Below are positions 56,936-64,000 of a DNA stretch of 64,000 nucleotides, piece by piece. Both the position numbers and the translations under genes were made by a program. Source of the DNA: the human T2T-CHM13v2.0 reference genome, Homo sapiens. Location: the NCBI RefSeq assembly GCF_009914755.1, contig NC_060934.1; one strand, given 5' to 3'. Position 1 is the stretch's first letter, and the number at the start of each line of letters is the position of its first letter. The notes beneath the pieces are model-generated. The model did no database searches. It was not told where the DNA came from and saw nothing but the letters and a program-made list of their open reading frames with translations.

Positions 56936-57632
56936 AAGACGTCTTATCCCGGCCCCTCCGGCTGCAGCATTGGAGCCCCGTACTCAGCATGGCTGTAATT
57001 TTAGTCTATTTCCTGGGTGACAGTGAGAAATCAAAGTCCCTTCAGCCAGCACAGGGATGTCCCTTTCTGGGCCTGCCATGCCCACAGTTAGGTCCCTGGA
57101 AAGCAGCAAGATGTGTCACGGGGAAAACACTCTACTGGATTCTGGGGTGCTCAGTCCACGCAGACTGACATGGAGCTGTGGCGCAAGCCCCCGAGACGTT
57201 TAGGAATCCCTTACACCCCAGTTCCCACCTGGCTTAGTATTCTACATAAAATTACCAGCCACACCCGTGCTCCGTGTGTTATGGCAAAGCTACGGCAAAT
57301 CTGGGAGAGGACTCAGAACATCGAACATCTCAGATTTCATAACCCTTCAACCCCTCAAGCCTCCCTCAGCAGCCCTGGGAAGTAGGAGGCTAAGGCTGTG
57401 TTCACACACTGGTGAGAAAACTGAGGCGCAAAGTCACGCACGCAGTGATTAATTCATTTTATGCAGTTAATGGGAAGCGGGCTCAAGGCTCGGAGGGAGC
57501 TCTTTACACGTCCGGCCCTGTGCTATTATAATGAGTTCATTTACAGTAAATCTGTAAGGCTAATGTCGGGCTAGTAACTGCTGCTCAGGCAGAGGCCACT
57601 AGTCGATGTGACCATTAGAAAAAGGAAAAGGG

Positions 57633-57927
<295 letters not shown>

Positions 57928-58060
57928 AGGAAAAGGTTTTAGAGCTGATTGTGTCCCTTCTTTGGGGTGGGTGGACACATTGTACAGTCTTGAGACCCCC
58001 AGAACTTTGCTTGATGAAAAAGGCCCAACAACCCAGGAAAGAACAATTTTACTGAATATT

Positions 58061-58066
58061 TTTATT
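58061..58066 (-). terminator. Candidate distal ADARB2 poly(A) signal (AATAAA on minus)
   Basis: TTTATT on plus; a cluster of minus-strand UGUA motifs at ~58173-58240 upstream, including a Pumilio-type UGUACAUA (58230-58237); GU-rich UUGUUCUUUCCUGGGUUGUUGGG downstream. Confidence 0.7.
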
Positions 58067-58539
58067 TACTTAACAGAAACATTCACTTATTAGATATCAC
58101 TGAAGTGCAATTTATAGAACTTAGAGGCAAATTAACATGTAAATTCATATTTTAAGGTTTTGGATTTTTTTTTACAAATATTACAAATGTACATCCATTG
58201 ATACAATATTGCCATTCTATCATGCTTTTTATGTACATACCTTCAATTAGAATTACTATGTGTTAAGTTCATTTTGCTTACAAAATGCTGAAAACTAACG
58301 GGGCACACTGGGAGAGATTTTTTTTTTTTTACCGATGCATAAACTGCAGAGAGATAGAAATCTAGGGCCTGTGTGAAAAGAGGCACTGGGACCAGGTGAT
58401 CTCGCCTTGGTGTTTAGGGAATGCTCATCCCTCCAACCTTGGCTTAGGATGATGAGTTGGGAAATAAAGTGTTCCTCTCACCAGGGTTTGATCTGTCTGC
58501 GGTTCCCGCAGGAGTGATATTGTTTGGTGTTAATCTCTA

Positions 58540-58712
<173 letters not shown>

Positions 58713-60452
58713 ATCTCTAGAGATGTGGCCACCAGCGTTCCTTCTGGTGGGAGGTCAGAACATGTGGACACATTCAGGAGAGTCCAAAAATGACTGCAGC
58801 AACTCCCTGTGCACAAGGCATCAGGAACCCAGCGGGGCTCCCCCAGCCCCAGCATGAACCTGTTGTGTGGATCCCTCGTGGGGGGAATGGTGCCTGAGAC
58901 CTCCTCCTGGGTGGGGGCCACGGCAGCAGAACAAAGGAGCCAGGAGTTTTGGGACAGGGACTAACAAGACAGCAAGAAAGGGAAGAGGCGAGGAGGAGAG
59001 AAAGGGTTGAGAAGGGAAGCGAAGAGGCTGAGGGGAGAGTGAGCGGAGGGTGGTGCTGGCCGCCTCTCAGGCTTCCCAGAAACAGCCTGAGAAGGAAGCT
59101 CCTCTGTCTCCACCGCATCTCTGGTCGGTCCCTGTGGCCTCTGCTCCTGCCTCCTCACTTCCCCACCATCCTTCCTTCACTTTCTCGGATTCAGAATTTG
59201 TGGGAGAAGTTTGACGGGTCACCAGCAGCCCAGTGTTTCCAGAAACAGTCCTGCTCCTGCAGTGGCGAGGAACCCAGACAGCGGCAAGGCCTACACCGTG
59301 TCCTCCAGCCACCCGCCTAGCCCCACACAGTGGCAAAATACCAAAAGACCCTAAAATACCAGCGAGGCGGCGGGTGGTCTGTCCCTGCTAAGAGCTGCCT
59401 GGGGGTGCTACTGCCTCTCCTGCAACACAGGGCTTCTAAATTTCCACCTCCAACCGCGAGCTCTGCAAAAACTGCAGGCGAGGACAGGCTTTGGAGGTAT
59501 GTGGGATGGCGGCTCCCTGACATGGACTAGGGGACTCTGCAGCCTCCCTGAGGGCCGCGGGAAGCCCACAGAGCCTCACCGGGTTCTGTTGGGTGTTATG
59601 AGAGGCGGCTGCAGCGATCCAACGGTAGTACATAAAAGGAAAGCCTCTCAGCTTCCCTTTGGTCTCTGTTAGAAAGTGATACTTATTGTATTTTGGGCCA
59701 ATTAGTCAGATTATTTTATTAGAATGGCTTCTTAAAAAAGGGCATATAAGTTTCCCTAAATTAAAAATGTCTACTTTATGTACGTCTCAAATGTCTTCAG
59801 TTGTTTTAAACAATACACTATAGACACATCTTGAAATTTATTATCTAAAAATAGGATTTCATCAAAATACTCTAACTATTCTGGGCATTGATATCCTCTG
59901 TATTTACTGTTTATGGCTCTCCAGACGTGATAAACATTATATCCAAAAAAAAAAGCATGCGACTTTGTTGATAAGAAAAGCTCCCTGTGAAAACAAAATG
60001 AGATGGAGAAATATGATCTGTGTGTTTCTTTGAAAAGGAACCCAGCTTGATGTTTCTGAGGAACAGGACTCATCACAAAGTCAGCATGGTGTGATAGATA
60101 TATACAGATGTAAAGAGAATCACAGGAATGGAAAGGAAACAATAGCTATCGACCTGCACATCCTTTCCTCAGCAAAAACAAAACCCACAGAAACCCTAAC
60201 TCTATCCCTTGATATCACACACGGCTGCAAAACCGGGGCTGGAGGTGGACAGCGGAGGCTGCCTGGCCGTGCAGCCGTTCCCTGCGCCCCGTCCTGCAAA
60301 AAGGCCAGAAACCACCAGACACTAACTTTTTGACTAAGAACCAGGCCGGAAACCACATTGCTGATCTTCCTGATGGGAAAGCAGTGTGTGTTTTGGAGGC
60401 AGATAAAGGTGGTGCTGGTTTTATGAGGACTTTTGTAGGGGCCTAAGCAGGC

Positions 60453-60521
60453 ATGAATATAGACTACAGAAAATCTGAAGCAAGGGTATGAATACAGACC
60501 ACAGAAAATCTGAAGCAAGGG
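60453..60521. repeat. 35-bp x2 duplication in ADARB2 3'UTR
   Basis: atgaata.agac.acagaaaatctgaagcaaggg at 60453 and 60488. Confidence 0.9.
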
Positions 60522-60613
60522 GCTTGGCGGTGTCAGGTGGTGGGAAGTGCGGGGAAGCCAGACGGTGATTTCGAGGTGGACTTGGAGGGGCGGGCCTGAC
60601 TTCATCAGCCCCC

Positions 60614-60727
60614 CTTGTGTCGTGCCCAGCGTATTTTCAGGGTGACAGAAAGTGACCCATCCCCTACTTGTGTCGTGCCCAGCGTATTTTCAGGGTGACA
60701 GAAAGTGACCCGTCCCCTACTTGTGTC
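60614..60727. repeat. 53-bp x2 duplication in ADARB2 3'UTR
   Basis: cttgtgtcgtgcccagcgtattttcagggtgacagaaagtgaccc at 60614 and 60667. Confidence 0.93.
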
Positions 60728-60902
60728 TTGCCCCCTCACTTGGAGGGGAATGGGTGGCCACTCTTAAGACCAATTCAGTGGTCAAAACTGCAGGGCAGAC
60801 GTGGCCTGAAAGTGGTGCTGGGATGTTCTGACCTGGACCTGAGGGCGAAATCCTCAGGCTTCAACACCAGCCCTTCCATCTCTGCAGAGGTGGCACAGCC
60901 CC

Positions 60903-61240
60903 TCCAGGCACATCCAGGGCTGTGGGAATCCTGGGACCTGGGTCTTCCAGGCACACCTGGGGCTGTGGGAATCCTGGGACCCGGCCCCCCCAAGCATAGC
61001 TGGGGCTGTGGGAATCCTGGGACCCAGCTCTTCCGGGAACTCTTGGGGCTGTGGGAATCCTGGGACCCGGGTCTTCCAGGCACACCTGGGGCTGTGGGAA
61101 TCCTGGGACCCGGCCCCCCCAAGCATAGCTGGGGCTGTGGGAATCCTGGGACCCGGGTCTTCCAGGCATACCTGGGGCTGTGGGAATCCTGGGACCTGGC
61201 CCCTTCGGGCACTCCTGGCACTGTGGAATCTTAGGACCTG
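60903..61240. repeat. 43-bp x8 VNTR in ADARB2 long 3'UTR
   Basis: TGTGG(G)AATC at 60921, 60964, 61007, 61050, 61093, 61136, 61179 and 61222. Confidence 0.95.
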
Positions 61241-62890
61241 GCCCTTCCTGGCTGGGTCAGGCCCTGCCAGTTGGGAGCAGCCTGCGTGTGGCGTGATCTG
61301 GTGTGGCGTGCCTCCTGCGTGTGGGGTCACCCTTGACTGCCTCGACTACCTTCTCCTTTCACTACCCAGGGCCTGGGACCCTCCTTTCCTTACGTGGGGT
61401 CCCCTCTGCAGCCCACATCCCCTCTGACAGATCCCTCCACGGAAAGGCTCCGGCACCTCAACCTCACTCTGGCTGCATTGGAAACTCTTCTGTCGCTATT
61501 GGCCTTCTCTGAAGAGCTTTAATCTCTCCTTCCATGGAGTCTCCTGTGGACTTAATACACGAATCCATACACTTGTACTAATGGGTAGCATGGAATTAAT
61601 GTGTGGCTTTCTCCAGATGTGGATGTTGATATTTCAGTAAAGTCTGAGTTGTTTCTGGAAGGTCAATGCCTGAGACAAAACGAATCCCAACCCCCCAGCT
61701 GTGGCTTCATGATGCTGGCCACTGGGTGGCCGAGCGCTCTCCGAGTCCCGTGAATCAGACCCTGCGTCTTCCCTGTGACAGTGAAGTCTGCTTACAACAC
61801 AGGCCCCCTCGCTGCAGAAACAGCGTGATTTGGAGCCCACTGGGACAAAGCATTATATGCTTCTCTAGCCAACATCTCAGATGAAGGTGATTTGAGGCCT
61901 GGGTGGGAGACTTCAGCCAGGAGCTGGCCGTGCTCCCACGCATTCAGGGGAGCGCTCACTTCTGACTGCTGCGAACGTCAGAGCCACCCATCACCTCTCG
62001 ACTCTTAAGTTCTCTAAGCTTCATCCTAGTGATGTCAAGTTACCAGAACTTAATAGAAACTGGTCGTTTGAGCTTAGCTTTTGCACTGAATTAAAATTTC
62101 ATTTATTTTTGTGATTTTTATAAAAGATTAATGTGAGTCCTTTATTTGAAAAAATGTTCTCGTATCTTTTGAAACTTTATCTGGAAGAAGTTGTCTACTC
62201 CAGTACCTGTTTTCTTTTCTAAAAGAACTCGAGTGATAAATTTGGCCTGATTTTAAATCCCAGGAAAAGTTTCTTTTTCCATACTAATATCTCTACTTCT
62301 TATTATCTTGTAACAAATAGCTACAACTCAGTTTCATTTCTGCCTTCTCATTATGATAACTGTAATTTATAGCACTTGACTATGTACAGCACGATGTTAT
62401 TCTTGCACTTTCTGGGGTGGTCAGCTGGGATTCTTTCCGGGAAGCCCACACCCCAGAGGTGGACACCACCATGCTTTGCCATCTGCCATCACTGTCATGA
62501 ATTTCAGAGATGGATTTTTTAAGTTGGAGAAATGAGAGACTGGCTATCTAGCATGATGAATGTTAGAAATGAGTTCTCGGAGGTGAGATGACAGCAGCTC
62601 GAGGTACATGGATTACGTAAAGATACTTGGAAAAGAGCCTGACCCCGTATGAATACAGCGCCTCGGCTCTCAGGGATGATGCGGTGGGCTAAAGCCCCCA
62701 TGTCCCGTCTCCACTGTGAGCTGAAGGTCTCTGGTGTTGGAAGCCTGCTCTGAGGGTCACAGAATCCTGCCTCTTACATTTTTTGACAGCTGAACTTTTT
62801 TGGGGTCTTGTCCTGCAAGGTGTTGATTGGAGAATCTGAAAGAATAGAGAGCTGGTAGCCTCTCAAGCTGAAGGTAAAGGTTGTTTTGAT

Positions 62891-62896
62891 TTTATT
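62891..62896 (-). terminator. Candidate proximal ADARB2 poly(A) signal (AATAAA on minus)
   Basis: TTTATT on plus, ~1.07 kb after the stop codon. Confidence 0.55.
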
Positions 62897-63074
62897 TTGT
62901 GCTTGCTTTCTAATGAAAATTTAGTTAAAAAATCAGAATTTGATCAAAGACTTGGTCTCCTTATTACCTGGTAGGGAGGTTATAGGGTGGTAGCTAACCC
63001 TCACACAACCCAGACCTCAGTGGCTCTTAGTATCGGCCACCATAAACCAAACGCCATGACGGACTGAACAGGCA

Positions 63075-63306
63075 TGGGCCAGGTGTTTCCGGGCTCCCCA
63101 CATCTGCAGCACGCGTGGGCCAGGTTTTTCCAGGCTCCCCACATCTACAGCACGCGTGGGCCGGGTGTTTCCAGGCTCCCCACATCTGCAGCACGCGTGG
63201 GCCGGGTGTTTCCAGGCTCCCCACATCTGCAGCACGCGTGGGCCGGGTGTTTCCAGGCTCCCCACATCTGCAGCACGCGTGGGCCAGGTGTTTCCAGGCT
63301 CCCCAC
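63075..63306. repeat. 41-bp x~5.6 VNTR in ADARB2 proximal 3'UTR
   Basis: TGGGCC at 63075, 63116, 63157, 63198, 63239 and 63280; each full unit carries the palindrome CACGCGTG. Confidence 0.95.
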
Positions 63307-63969
63307 GTCACAGGTCTTAACTCTGCCTCGCAGGGGTTTTGGAAACTGTTCCTTCACTTTGTGGGAATGGCTTTCGTTTCTCTGGTTCTATTTTAGGTGT
63401 TCGGTAATGTCGTACATCTTAAATCTTTTTTGAAAGGAGGTGGAGTATAAAAACCTAAACGAATAGTGAAAATAATAGAGGATTCTTATTGGTTTCTCTG
63501 GGGCTGGGGTGGGCATGGCTTTTCTCTTCATTTGTGGCTTATCTTCATGTGCCCCCTCAAGCTAGTGAGACCCCAGCATCACCAAGAGGCGCACGCAGGG
63601 GTGGGGTGCAGGGACGGGGCCTGAGGCTCACTCCTGCCTGGTGTCGTGTCGGTGCCTCCTTCCAAGGCTGCAGCTAAAACCCCTTTGCCTGAATGGAGCC
63701 CCTCCCTCAGACTCCACAGGAAGAGTCGGCGCTAACTCAACGGTGCGTGTGCCCCTGGGTGTGGGGGACAGGGTTCTGGGGCCAGCGATCTGGAAAGAGG
63801 CACGTTCTGAATTTGTGTTGTTGCTCGTCCAAACATTGCACACTCGCGTGTTTCTGGGACACCAAAGTAAAACGAATGCAGGGAACCGGCCGACCCGCCA
63901 CGTCGCCCCCCAGACACGGTCCCATCCCTCCAGCGTCCCGCTCAGCTCCAGCAGCCAGGAGCCCGCAGC

Positions 63970-64000
63970 CTAGAGAGTCAGTAGAAACTGCTGCTGCTCC
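63970..64000 (-). CDS. ADARB2: ADARB2 (ADAR3) C-terminal end: ...EQQQFLLTL* (truncated by window edge)
   Basis: Reverse complement of the window end reads G GAG CAG CAG CAG TTT CTA CTG ACT CTC TAG, matching the ADAR3 C-terminus (KPPEQQQFLLTL) from recall; position convergent to WDR37 fits the known gene order. Confidence 0.9.
   Translation of the reverse strand, partial: EQQQFLLTL

Overview
Primate (human-like) euchromatic DNA, GC- and minisatellite-rich, matching the distal 10p15.3 interval from recall. The left end holds the last three coding exons of WDR37 (+ strand; 4755-4889, 5437-5551, 9740-9871) and its ~2.8 kb 3'UTR. The right end holds the last 9 whole codons, stop and ~5.9 kb 3'UTR of ADARB2/ADAR3 (- strand, convergent). 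The ~45 kb between them contains a large block of old L1 with nested Alu, THE1 and MER58 insertions (~15-29 kb), a CpG-rich 48-bp VNTR that probably marks the promoter of the lncRNA LINC00200 (~40-45 kb), and many minisatellites. Nearly all ORFs in the supplied track are spurious (Alu, L1 or VNTR derived), and the track misses the WDR37 last exon and the ADARB2 C-terminus. The most interesting unexplained structure is in the ADARB2 3'UTR. Two different VNTRs (43-bp and 41-bp units) are reverse-complementary to each other and bracket the proximal poly(A) signal, and two head-to-head Alu left arms bracket the distal one. This suggests, as a hypothesis only, dsRNA-gated alternative polyadenylation of the mRNA encoding a dsRNA-binding protein. 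No prokaryotic system, CRISPR array or clearly foreign insert was seen.
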